A stretch of 63,403 bases of DNA, the filler included, from Pirum gemmata (lineage: Eukaryota): NCBI GenBank assembly GCA_002812295.1. It is 26 parts of 26 records of this genome, joined end to end, with 100 filler letters (N's around TTAATTAATTAA, not from the genome) between each part and the next. Parts side by side here need not be neighbours in the genome. Positions count along the whole stretch, not along the records: positions 61,235 to 63,403 come from PDIN01008149.1; 25 more parts are not named here. One strand, written 5' to 3'. Position numbers and translations under genes: made by a program. Below, in pieces: positions 62,497-63,403 of the stretch. Under the pieces are notes generated by a model, which saw only the letters and a program-made list of their open reading frames with translations, had not been told where the DNA came from and searched no databases. Position 1 is the first letter of the stretch. Each line of letters opens with the position of its first letter.

Positions 62497-62701
62497 NNNN
62501 NNNNNNNNNNNNNNNNNNNNNNNNNNNNNNNNNNNNNNNNNNNNNNNNNNNNNNNNNNNNNNNNNNNNNNNNNNNNNNNNNNNNNNNNNNNNNNNNNNNN
62601 NNNNNNNNNNNNNNNNNNNNNNNNNNNNNNNNNNNNNNNNNNNNNNNNNNNNNNNNNNNNNNNNNNNNNNNNNNNNNNNNTAGTAGTAGTAGTAGTAGTA
62701 A

Positions 62702-62749
<48 letters not shown>

Positions 62750-63403
62750 CAGTAGTAGTAGTAGTAGTAGTACCCCAAACTATTACATAATTTTCTAATA
62801 AGGATGATGTCTGATTATTATTAATGATGAAAAGAATAATAGCCATACCATATTGTTTGTGTAACCTCTAGTCTATAACCCCACTAACTATTAAATAATT
62901 TTCAAATAAGCTTAAGGATGAATATAATAATATCCGTATTATGTTGTTGTGTAACCTCTACTAGTATATAACCCCAAATTATTATCGTGCTTTTCAGTTT
63001 TGTCATCATAAAATATACAATAAAGAGTACCAAGATAAATCCTTTTTATTCAATTTGGTATATTTTATAATCTAATTATTAATTTAAAAATATCAATTTG
63101 AATTATTATAACCAACCAAATAAATATTCAGAGTGACAAAATAAATGAAAAGCACAATAAATAATTTTCAAATAAGGATGATGTCCACCAATGATGTATA
63201 GTTATTATTAATAAAGAAAAGAATATTATGGAAGCCCAGAAACAACTTGAGGTAGAAATATCTTCCATCAGGTATTTTGTCACTCTGAATATTTATTTGG
63301 GGCATTATAACCTTTAAATTGAAATTTTTCAAATGAATAAATAGATAAAATATACCAAAATTGTATTAATTGGTATTTAGTTTTAATATAATAATAATAA
63401 TAA

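Overview
AT-rich, intron-rich eukaryotic DNA. It is not one locus. It is 26 short assembly fragments (mostly ~2.1 kb) joined by 25 artificial 100-nt linkers (N44-TTAATTAATTAA-N44), so nothing can be inferred across linkers. Most long ORFs in the supplied track are microsatellite artefacts. Manual splicing recovered exons of a class 3 lipase, RPL35, LITAF, DUF547, a SMYD-type SET protein, an Msp1/ATAD1-like ATPase, a Raf-type RBD protein, PRIM2, a GPI-type expansin-like protein, Sin3, an RG/PPP micro-exon gene, an LTR gag-pro, a TLC-like protein, a Cys-repeat/LRR receptor, holocytochrome c synthase, a TALE homeobox, a peptidase S51-like protein, probable crooked-neck and a 7TM protein. There are about nine MITE-like elements or families. 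TTAGGG repeats, the TALE homeobox, the RBD and a pTyr-motif receptor tail fit an opisthokont, possibly a unicellular holozoan (inference only). Four patterns stand out: (1) last exons and 3' ends, and some splice acceptors, are flanked by local, decaying 'echo' copies of themselves in many independent fragments; (2) telomere-type (CCCTAA)n repeats fill introns and abut 3' splice sites on the sense strand; (3) gag and protease are in frame across a single UGA; (4) a kinase-less LRR receptor has a tyrosine-motif tail and permuted exon order.
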